This document shows positions 54,066 through 64,000 of a stretch of DNA of 64,000 nt, one piece after another. The DNA comes from Octopus vulgaris (Eukaryota), in NCBI GenBank assembly GCA_951406725.2, contig OX597821.1, forward strand, positions 14,756,001 to 14,820,000, in the 5' to 3' direction. The translations under genes were made by a program, and so were the position numbers. The notes below the pieces were generated by a model. That model was not told the DNA's origin. It saw only the letters and a list, made by a program, of their open reading frames with translations, and searched no databases. The number at the start of each line of letters is the position of its first letter. The stretch's first letter is position 1.

Positions 54066-54709
54066 CACATATGCCTATTTCAATTATTTGAAATAATTTA
54101 CAATGTATAACTGGTACTTCTATATTTTGGCCCTGAAGGGATAATAATCAATGTCTACTTTGACAGCATTTGAATGCAGAAAATGCAGAAAATAATAAAT
54201 AAGTGAAAAAGAAAATAAGTAAATAGTACAGGGCATCAAGTCTGAAACTCCCTTAGTTCAGTCACCACACTATTCTTATAATCTGTTATCCTCTATCTTT
54301 CATGCAGACATGGGTTGAATGGTTGGATGGCTGGATGGCCTAACAGTATCCAACAGGTTGCAGGGACTGTGGTGTGTTTCATTTTCTCTTTGTTGCTGAG
54401 TATACTATAGTGTAGCTCCAGACAGTCATCAGAGATCTTAGTCTTGCAAGCAACATGGCATCCTCATTAGTGCTGGTGCCACAACAAAAGCAAAATAAAA
54501 TATGTAACTTGGAAGATTAACATCTCCTATGACTGAGTGTGATTACAGTTAAGAGGTGGGCAGCTTTATGTTAAGAGTCCAAAGGAGGATCTGGAAATAG
54601 GGTCATTGTGGTAGAGGAAATACCTAGCTTCTTGCATTATACAAGAGTGAGTGAAAGTAAAATGGATAGAGCTAAAAAGGGAGATAAAGCTCTAGTTGTA
54701 ATAATTGTT

Positions 54710-55340
54710 TGTGACTTGGGTATTTGGCCAGAAATTTGGGTGAAGAAGATTAATCAACTGTATTTACCCCAGTACTTGACTGCTAACTTATTTTATCAAC
54801 CCTGAAAGGATGAAAGACAAAGTTGGCTTTAGCAACATTTGAACTCAAAATGGTTCAGCAAAGCCAATGGCCATCCTAGTCAATAATGGTTTTACATTGT
54901 GGCAGCATGAGGTTAGTCATTTTAGAGTAGTGGGGAAATTGATTACAATGATCCCAGTGCTTAACTGGTACTTATATTATCAACCTCAAAAGGATGAAAG
55001 GTAAAGTTGACCTCAGTGGAATTTGAGCTCAGAACATTAAAAGTCAGAAGAAATATCACTAAGTACTTTTTCTGATGCACTAATATGCAAGCTCACCAAC
55101 TCTGTTCTAGTTGTAATAATCCTTTCTACTATAGGCAGAAGGCCTGAAATTTTGTGTAAGGGAGATATTCAATCAGATTGACCCCAGTGCTCAACTAGTA
55201 CTTGTTTTATTGCCCTCAAAATAATGGAAGATCAAAGTTAACCTTGACAGTATTTGAACTCAGAATGTAAGGGGCTGTAAGAAATGCTGCTAATCATTTG
55301 GTGTGAGATCCTAACGATTCTGCCAGCTCACTACCTTATA
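54710..55340 (-). mobile_element. Cluster of three CpG-decayed SINE family C copies
   Basis: Repeated CCCAGT...ACTTA..TTATCAACC..AAAGGATGAAAG...TTTGAACTCA, with consensus CpGs replaced by TG/CA. Confidence 0.7.
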
Positions 55341-55409
55341 GCCAAGCTGTAATACTAATTGCTTTTAATTTGGACACAAAGCCAGCAGTTTTTGAGGGAA
55401 AGGAGTTAG

Positions 55410-55827
55410 CTCTTTTACTCTTTTACTTGTTTCAGTCATTTGACTGTGGCCATGCTGGAGCACCACATTTAGTCGAGCAAATCGACCCCAAGGCTTATTC
55501 TTTGTAAGCCTAAAGTACTTATTCTATTGGTCTCTTTTGCTGAACCGCTAAGTTACAGGGATGTAACCACACCAGCATTGGTTGTCAAGCAATGTTGGGG
55601 GAACAAACACATACACATACATACATATACATATATATCATATATATATATATATATATATATATACGATGGGCTTCTTTCAGTTCCCGTCTACCAAATC
55701 CACTCACAAGGCTTTGATCAGCTTGAGGCTATAGTAGAAGACACTTGCCCAAGGTGCCATGCAGTGGTGGGACTGAACCTGGAACCATGTGGTTTGTAAG
55801 TAAGCTACTGACCACACAGCCATTCCT
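55410..55827 (-). mobile_element. SINE family A
   Basis: Reverse complement of family A with several CpG-to-TpG changes. Confidence 0.85.
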
Positions 55828-56212
55828 ATCTAATTACATTGAACCTAGTTCTTGACTGGTACTTTATTTTAATGATCCTGAAAAGATGAGAAGCTAAGTT
55901 TTTAGGGGCAGGGTTTGAAACCACACCATAAACAGCTCAAAGAAATACAGCTCAAATCCACCAGTTCTAGTGTAGTTTTAATAGTAATATTGATTACCCG
56001 GTGTGGCCTTGGGGAGATTCAAAGTATCAACTCAGTCAGTTTGTTACTGGCATTGTATTATATTGACCTTGGAGTGATGGAAAACAGTCTTGATCATAGT
56101 GGGATTTGAACTCAGAATACATACTCACAAAAAAAAAATTTTTAAAGGGACTAATTTATATCGCAAGGCATTCTAATCAGTATACAATTAGCTCAAACAT
56201 CCAACATGCCCA

Positions 56213-56697
56213 TAGTAGTAGTAGTAGTAGTAGTAGTAATAATAGCAGTAGCAGCAGCAGCAACATTAACCATGGTGGTAGTAACAGTATCTGTGGTGGT
56301 GGTACTGGCGGTATAGTTGCGACAGTAGTAGTAGTAGTATTACTTGTGGTGGCGGCGGTAGTAGTAGTAGTAGTAGCAGTTTAATCTTTCTTTATCCAAT
56401 TATTGTTTAATGATTGCAACAGTACCAACAACACTAACTACTACTACTACTACTACTATTACTGCTGCTGCTACTACAACTACTTTACAATGACGATGAC
56501 GACGACGACCACCACCACCACAGGTGCTACTATTACCACAACCATCATCACCACCACCATTACCATTTCCACCACCATTACTGTCAGCGCTATAGTAACA
56601 CTCTGCCACCACCACTACAACTACAACCACTGTTGCTGCTACTGCTACTATTACTTCTCGTTCTACCACCACCACCACTACTGCCGCTGCTGCAGCA
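56213..56697. repeat. Degenerate trinucleotide arrays, (AGT/GGT)n then (ACT/ACC)n
   Basis: Direct reading. Confidence 0.85.
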
Positions 56698-57267
56698 GAA
56701 TATCAGTTTCAGTAGATACAAAAACTGTGGTAGTTACAGCACTATCTACCACAACCCAACATCATCAATATGTTGATTGTGAATGTCGGAGAATTAATCA
56801 ATGTTTTCTCAATGGTCAATAATTGTTTTTTTTCCTCCAAATTGGCTTCAATGCATTCATTCATGTATATGGGTGTGTGGGTATGTGTGTGCATGCACGC
56901 GCACATGTGTGTGTGTGTGTGTATTGTATGTGCACATGTGTGTATGAAAAAGTGAGGAACAGAAAGTATGAAGGAAACTGCGAGAGTGTATGATCTTGTG
57001 TATGCGCACATGTGTATTAATGTGTACACAGATATACTCATACACACATACAAGGGAATCAGACAGGGGGGAGTTGTTTAGGATGCTTTGCTGTAATCAG
57101 TTTAGTGTTCTCTGCTCTAAGTTCAAATATCATCAAAATCAATTTTGCCATTCATCCTTTAATGAGTTAACAAATAAAGTATCAGTCCTGTACTTGTGGC
57201 TGTCACTGAAGATGATGTGAACTTAGACATGTAGATCAAAGTATCTTATTATCAAAGTATCTTACTG

Positions 57268-57601
57268 TCCATGTGTCCAACGCATGTGGACATGCCTACA
57301 AAGTCAGAAAACAGCACAGCTCCCATGACTTTCGGAAACATTTTTTCACGCTCAGAGTTGCTGAAGCATGGAACAAACTGCCTGCGTCAGTTGTTGACTG
57401 CCATGTCACTGCATCCTTTAAGGCCCTCATGCTTTCCGAAATCCGCCGAAACTACACCTGATTGTCCCCCCTTCCATACTCATACACATATGTGTATGTC
57501 ATGACTCATGCACTGTTCTTTTCCTGACACTTGTACGTTACCCTATGTACTATACATACACTTTAGATGAGTTGTAGTGCACCTGAGCACTGTACACAAT
57601 G

Positions 57602-57646
<45 letters not shown>
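57268..57646 (+). pseudogene. CR1 LINE 3' end with (TTA)n tail (second CR1 family), copy 1
   Basis: GHAYKVRKQHSSHDFRKHFFTLRVAEAWNKLPASVV matches the CR1 motif TRGH..K......R..FFS.RV...WN.LP..VV; short 3' UTR, then (TTA)n. Confidence 0.85.
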
Positions 57647-57647
<1 letters not shown>

Positions 57648-57894
57648 AATATGAAGTAGATGTCATCATCATCATCATCATCATCACCATCATCAATTTG
57701 TTTTCCCATGTTGTGAAGATTTCAAGAAGTTTACCATAGAAATATAATTGATCATGGATTTACAACCACTTGCTGGGCTATTTTACCAGTGGCCTACGTC
57801 AAGAGAATATGAATGAATGAGAGAGGTGTCATAAAAACATATTATTTACAGGATGAAATGTATACATTGTACATACCCTCACAGACATACAAAT

Positions 57895-58064
57895 TTTCTT
57901 GTTTTAGCTTAAGGGTTGCAGCTATGCTGGGGTACTGTACTGCTAATAAAAGTGAGATGTTAACAGTACCTAGGTCACCCATCCAACTGCTAATTAGGCT
58001 TGGCATTGCTTAACTTCAGTGATCAAATGTGGACTGGTGCATTCAATGCAATATGACTGTAAGC
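57895..58064 (-). mobile_element. 5S rRNA-derived retroposon (SINE3-like) with CR1/L2-type tail, copy 2
   Basis: Minus strand GCTTACAGTCATATTGCATTGAATGCACCAGTCCACATTTGATCACTGAAGTTAAGCAATGCCAAGCCTAATTAGCAGTTGGATGGGTGACCTAGGTACTGT (CpG-decayed 5S-like), then GTACCCCAGCATAGCTGCAACCCTTAAGCTAAAACAAG. Confidence 0.7.
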
Positions 58065-58103
58065 TATATATATATATTAGTGACAATTGATATATATATA
58101 TAT

Positions 58104-58313
58104 TACTCTTTTTACTCTTTTACTTGTTTCAGTCATTTGACTGTGGCCATGCTGGAGCACCGCCTTTAGTCGAGCAAATCGACTCCAGGACTTATTCTTT
58201 GTAAGCCTAGTACTTATTCTATCAGTCTTTTTTGCCGAACCGCTAAGTTATGGGGACGTAAACACACCAGCATCGGTTGTGAAGCGATGTTGGGGGGACA
58301 AATACACACACAC

Positions 58314-58360
<47 letters not shown>

Positions 58361-58525
58361 TACGACAGGCTTATTTCAGTTTCCACCTACCAAATCCACT
58401 CACAAGGCTTTGGTCGGCCCGGGGCTATAGCAGAAGGCACTTGCCCAAGATGCCACGCAGTGGGACTGAACCCGGAACCATGTGGTTGGTTAGCAAACTA
58501 CTTACCACACAGCCACTCCTGCACC
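58104..58525 (-). mobile_element. SINE family A, full-length
   Basis: Reverse complement of family A, ending at GGTGCAGGAGTGGC. Confidence 0.85.
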
Positions 58526-59676
58526 TATATATATGTATATATATATATACACACAACTTGTAACCTGGTGTTTAATCTACATGACATGTAGTGGTATATA
58601 ATGTATAATCAGGTGAGGAAGAACCCATATTCAGATATGTTGCATTAATTTACATGTACCTGCCATCATCATTTAATGTCCACTTTTCCATGTTTGCATG
58701 AATCAGATAGAATTTGATGAGGCAAGTTCTCTATGGTTGGATGCTCTTCCTGTCATCAGGTTAATATTTTCCCATGGTTAAACATACTTTCACAGAAGAT
58801 TGGAAATGAATAACCTTACTTGCATGATGAGGTAGTGAATTTACACTAGTCATGTAGTGTTTACACAGACACATGCACATACACATATGTTACATCCTAC
58901 TTTCGGTTTCTGTCTAACAAATCCAATCCACTAGCAAGGCTTTGGTTGGCCTGAAGCTAGAGCAGAAGATACTTGCCTAAGGTGCCATGCTGTGGGACTG
59001 AACCGAAGACCATATGGTTGGGAAGTAATCTTCTCAATCATGTAGTCACATAGGTACACTCACCCATACACATATGCATCTATCCATGCTCGTGTGTATG
59101 TGTGTAAACAAAGAACTTTTCTTTCAAACAAGTTAAGTTAGAAACATGAAAATGTTAAAATTTAAATTGTTTCTCAAATTTTCATATTCACTTATCAATC
59201 CTTTACATAAGGTTTGTCCTAAAGCCATTAGTCTGAGGTTTGAGACATTCACAGTTTCATGTGCAAATTAAAATCGTAATGAAAATTTTTTAATAAAGAT
59301 CTATTTTGAATTTAATCATGTTTTTAATGTCAGTTTGTCTGTCTGCCTGCCTATTTGCATGTGTGTATTTATATATAAATGTATATATATAGACACACAC
59401 ATAGACACACATACACAAACACAGGCACATATGCACACACACACATGCATATACACACACATATATACTTATATAAATATATATACAATCAACTTATGAA
59501 GTAATCATGCAATACAAGATAAATTTATAATGGATTTGCGAAGTGCTCCAATTATATAATCAACTGAAGTTTAACAAATGTTTCCATGCTAACCAGGTTC
59601 CGACACGAAATGCTAACTAGGTGGTAGTTTATATTATAATTATCCCCCACTTTATATATATATATATATATATATA

Positions 59677-59877
59677 CTCTTTTACTCTTTTACTTGTTTC
59701 ATTCATTTGACTGCGGCCATGCTGGAGCACCGCCTTTAGTCGAGCAAATCGACCCCGGGACTTATTCTTTGTAAGCCCAGTACTTATTCTATCGGTTTCT
59801 TTTGCCAAACTGCTAAGTGACGGGGACGTAAACACATCAGCATCGGTTGTCAAACAATGCTAGGGGGACAAACACAG

Positions 59878-59916
<39 letters not shown>

Positions 59917-60021
59917 CATATATACGACGGGCTTCTTTCAGTTTCCGTCTACCAAATCCACTCACAAGGCTTTGGTTGGCCCGAGGCTATAGTAGAAGAC
60001 ACTTGCCCAAGATGCCACGCA
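59677..60021 (-). mobile_element. SINE family A, 5'-truncated
   Basis: Reverse complement of the family A body and tail. Confidence 0.85.
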
Positions 60022-60147
60022 TATATATATTTGTATACTTACACATGCATGTATATGCATGTGTTTAACAGACAGGAAGGCTGTGTAATACTTAAATTTT
60101 ATTTTTTCTGATTGACACCTTGTGGTTATAAAGTAGTTATTGCTTAA

Positions 60148-60685
60148 TAATGAAGAGCAGTTAAAAATACAAATATGCAAATTGGGCTACCCATCATGGT
60201 CCTAGCTTAATTTATAACTATTTTATAATGCAGTTGACCAGAAGGAACCTGGATGTGTCTTCTCTGAAGAGTGATCAACAAACCAATGATCAACAAACAG
60301 TTCATTAAGGGACATCTTCCCAATATTTTCCACACATCAGTAGCATAAGAATGTACTTACATTCTTATTTAAGACACAGTGAAACTTTGTAACTTTTAAA
60401 TTTATTTCAGTTCTTCTGATTTATGCTGTGTTGTGCATAAAACAGTGTTTAATTAATGAAAAGCTGTTAAAAGTATAAATATGCAAATTTGGATAGCCAC
60501 CGTATTACTATTTAAATTTATAAATGTTTTATATGCAAGTGACTCATGTTATTGAATGGGGAAAAAAAGCTGGATATGTTTTCTTCAACAAACCACAAGA
60601 GTCTGTTAGGAGACATCAACAGACTTTTTCTTGCACATAAGTAGCACAGAAAGAATATATTTACATTCTTGTTTGAGACTATGAT
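60148..60685. repeat. Old tandem duplication, unit about 307 bp
   Basis: AATGAAGAGCAGTTAAAAATACAAATATGCAAATTGG (60148) vs AATGAAAAGCTGTTAAAAGTATAAATATGCAAATTTGG (60455), with later colinear matches such as TTACATTCTTATTTAAGAC / TTACATTCTTGTTTGAGAC. Confidence 0.7.
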
Positions 60686-60788
60686 GGTTCAGTATATCTA
60701 AATACATATGAATATCTACCACACATATGTATATCTATCTATCTATCTATCTCTCATACACACACACACACACATACACACACATATA

Positions 60789-60833
<45 letters not shown>

Positions 60834-60883
60834 CATAATATATAAATAATATATATATATATATATATATAGATAGACGTTTT

Positions 60884-61180
60884 GGAGGCACATGTCCGAG
60901 TGGTTAGAGCAGCGGACTCGTGGTCCAGGAATTGTGGGTTCGAATCTCACACCGGGTAACATGTGTGTTTATGAGCAAAACACCTAAGCTCCACACGGCT
61001 CCGGCAGAAGGTAATGACAAAACTTCTGCTGACTCTTTTGCCACAACTTTCTTTCTCTCACTCTTTCCTCCTGCATCATGCAGCTCACCTGCGATGGACC
61101 GACATCCTGCTAAGGAAACTGGGAAACCGGTCCTATGAGCCAGGCATGGCTCGAGAAGGAACAAACAACAACAAAAACAA
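60884..61180 (+). mobile_element. SINE with family B head and a different 3' half, (AAC)n tail
   Basis: GGAGGCACATGTCCGAGTGGTTAGAGCAGCGGACTCG...AAAACACCTAAGCTCCAC..GGCTCCGGCAG is shared with family B, then diverges; ends CCAGGCATGGCTCGAGAAGGAACAAACAACAAC. Confidence 0.75.
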
Positions 61181-61344
61181 CATATAGACGTTGCATTTCA
61201 CAAGGGGGATGAGAGAGGACTGAGACTCCTAATGATCTGCTGTACTTGGAGAGACATGTCAAGCTAAGTATAAATGTGGTTACCCTTGCAAACAGGCTCA
61301 TCCCCAGCAACCCCGCTCTCCAGCTGAGCATCCCTTATCTTGTA

Positions 61345-61764
61345 GGGTCGGCGAGCTGGCAGAATCGTTAGCACGTCAGGCGAAATGCTTTGCAGTATTT
61401 CGTCTGTCGTTACGTTGTGAGTTCAAATTCCGCCGAGGTCAACTTTGCCTTTCATCCTTTTGGGGTTGATAAATTAAGTACCAGTTACACACTGGGGTCG
61501 ATGTAATCGACTTAATCCATTTGTCTGTCCTTGTTTGTGTTCTCTGTGTTTAGCCCCTTGTGGGTATTAAAGAAATAGGTATTTTGTCTGTCGTTACGTT
61601 CTGAGTTCAAATTCCACCGAGGTCGACTTTGCCTTTCATCCTTTCGGGGTCGATAAATTAAGTACCAGTTACGCACTGGGGTCGATGTAATCGACTTAAT
61701 CCCTTTGTCTGTCCTTGCTTGCCCCCTCTGTGTTTAGCCCCTTGTGGGTAATAAAGAAATAGGT
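61345..61764 (+). mobile_element. SINE family C, tandem dimer
   Basis: Head GGCGAGCTGGCAGAATCGTTAGC followed by two about 185-bp units each ending AAAGAAATAGGT. Confidence 0.85.
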
Positions 61765-61859
61765 GCTAGTGTCACTGGTGCCATGTATAAAGCACCCACG
61801 CCCGCATGGAAAACAGACGTTAAATGATGATGATGATTCATGATAGCCACAACCTCTCA

Positions 61860-61947
61860 GAGAACATAGAATGTTATGATATTGGTTATTCTACAAAGAA
61901 TATCCCAGCACCTTCCAATGAGGTCTATTTGAAACTGTTGCTTGAGG
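61860..61947 (+). pseudogene. Possible Penelope-like ORF N-terminal fragment
   Basis: DIGYSTKNIPAPSNEVYLKLLLE resembles the YS.KNIP.PS...YL..L.E N-terminus of PLE ORFs. Confidence 0.5.
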
Positions 61948-62187
61948 TCTTTGGACTTGAATTTGATGTGTTATCCATAAAGCTACAGCCTTCGTGGATG
62001 CGTAACCATTAGTCACTATCACCAGACATTAACTTTATTACTCTGAATATATATACACATACACTCACACATGTGGTATATATGTATGTATGTCTATGCA
62101 TATATGCATGAATATAAGTACACACACACACACATATATATATATATTGATAGACACACACATATACACTTATACATGTATATATAC

Positions 62188-62400
62188 CAGTGGTTTTCAA
62201 CCAGGGTTCCGTGGAACCTTAGGGTTCCGCCAGTACAGTCCAGGAGTTCTGCAAGAAGTTACAAAAATGCTAAAATCGACTAATTTTTAATTCTCCTGTG
62301 CAGATATGTGTGCATAAGACAAATTATTGCACAGGGGTTCCTCGAGCCAGTGGAATGTTTCCTTGGGGTTCCGCTCCAGCAAAAAGGTTGAAAAGCACTG
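62188..62400. mobile_element. hAT (Charlie-like) MITE with perfect 8-bp TSD
   Basis: TIRs CAGTGGTTTTCAACC / GGTTGAAAAGCACTG; ATATATAC on both sides; internal GGGTTCC repeats. Confidence 0.9.
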
Positions 62401-62937
62401 ATATATACAAATATAGATAGCATATAGTCATGTGTCATACACACACATATACATATATGTTTATACATACATACTGTTTACATACATAAATGTGTGTGTT
62501 TGTTGTTTAGCATGAACCTATTACATAACACATGGGACCCCAGCAAAGTATAATATTTTGTTACTTAGGTTTTAAACCTTCTGTAAATGACCATGTGTAA
62601 TGAATTAACAACTCATATAAAACTTATACTCATATGCATTATTGTTATATCATCTCGCTGTAAAATTACGTCGCCCCGTATTTATCAGTTTAAGATGATA
62701 GTACAAAACAAAGCAATCACTATTATGTAATACTTGTATTGCTTCTGATATCATGGAAGTTAGTAACAAAAATGTACACAATTCTAAATGTAAATATTTG
62801 TGACTGACAGATACCTAAGCTAGGGACCCAGCAATAATTACTAGAATACCACAGTGTATTTGAACTCATTTGTTTCATATCTCACGCGATAAGAATTATT
62901 GTGAGGATCACCCCGAGTCATCGGCTTGACATTCATT

Positions 62938-63375
62938 ATAATAATAATAATAATAATAAAACATTGTGTACAGTGCTCAGGTGCACTACAACTCATCTAA
63001 AGTGTATGTATAGTACATAGGGTAACGTACAAGCGTCAGGAAAAGAACAGTGCATGAGTCATGACAGACACATATGTGTATGAGTATGGAAGGGGGACAA
63101 TCAGGTGTAGTTTCGGCGGATTTCGGAAAGCATGAGGGCCTTAAAGGATGCAGTGACATGGCAGTCAACAACTGACGCAGGCAGTTTGTTCCATGCTTCA
63201 GCAACTCTGAGCGTGAAAAAATGTTTCCGAAAGTCATGGGAGCTGTGCTGTTTTCTGACTTTGTAGGCATGTCCACGTGTGTTGGACACATGGAGATCAA
63301 AAAGGTGTTCAGTGTTGTTGTTGGTGAGGTGGTTGATAACTTTGTGGGTGTTTACCAAGTCCATCGCCAGACGCC
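62938..63375 (-). pseudogene. CR1 LINE 3' end, copy 2 (inverted relative to 57268)
   Basis: ORF 63101-63364 DLVNTHKVIN...HLFDLHVSNTRGHAYKVRKQ...WNKLPASVV; nearly identical to 57268-57646. Confidence 0.88.
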
Positions 63376-64000
63376 TTTATTATTAACGGGTCTTCTTTGA
63401 TGATGACTTCTCTTAAGGCTCAACGTATACTCTCTTCGTCTGTTACTGTTAGTTAATTATTAATGCAGGTGCTCTCGCCAAATTAAATAAATAAACTCAA
63501 ATAAAATTATGGGCTACGAGGTTATAAAGTTTCGGTCTTATTAGGGAAATTGTTGTTGATAATAGAAAAGAAATTCCTCACAGAATACCGTTCTGGATTA
63601 TAAGAGAATGTCTAATTTAATTTATACTTCTTTATTATCGTTCTACAACTTTCTGTTAACGAAATTATCTGAAACTATTCTAAATGCAAATTATTTTGGA
63701 AGGGAAGTAACTTCATTATTACTATAGGTTGTTTAAGTTACGTCCCTTTATACATTCATTAAACTTGTAATTAACTTTTAAAATTCACGTATGCCTGGAT
63801 ATTTTGTAGCCTTCTGTTATTTTGAAAAAAATTTAATTTAGAATGAGAAAATTTCCCGAGTGAAAAACGAATTTATTACGTTGCTCATCGCGTTCTTCGC
63901 TGCTGATATGTATTTTCAAAATTCACAGAAATTTGAATTCTCAGCACGCTTCCAGTACTTGACCGATTGAGATGTTTTCTCTAACTGTATAACGATATTT

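Overview
Eukaryotic, AT-rich, essentially non-coding window, read as intron or intergenic DNA of a large animal genome. The SINE repertoire and the dense (TA)n/(CA)n/(ATAC)n/(ATCT)n microsatellites resemble a coleoid cephalopod (Octopus); this is an inference from repeat content. No intact protein-coding gene is supportable, and almost all ORF-track entries are microsatellite or SINE read-throughs. The window holds at least five tRNA-type SINE families and 5'-truncated or decayed LINEs (RTE, two CR1/L2-group families, Dong/R4-type RLE). It also holds Penelope-like (GIY-YIG) remnants, two mariner relics, three non-autonomous Helitrons, and hAT- and piggyBac-type MITEs. Most interesting: (1) two diverged 5S rRNA-headed retroposons (22.1 and 57.9 kb) ending in the same 3' stem-loop tail as a CR1/L2-group LINE at 46.2-46.6 kb and the dominant tRNA SINE, suggesting one LINE mobilising several Pol III-derived SINEs; (2) unrelated fold-back modules embedded in (TA)n tracts; (3) an (AAT)n-embedded 557-bp element near a TAA-abutting Dong/R4 relic; (4) an apparent CpG-depletion boundary near 46 kb; (5) long inverted repeat pairs that could form dsRNA. 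Family names and alignments are by eye, without database searches.
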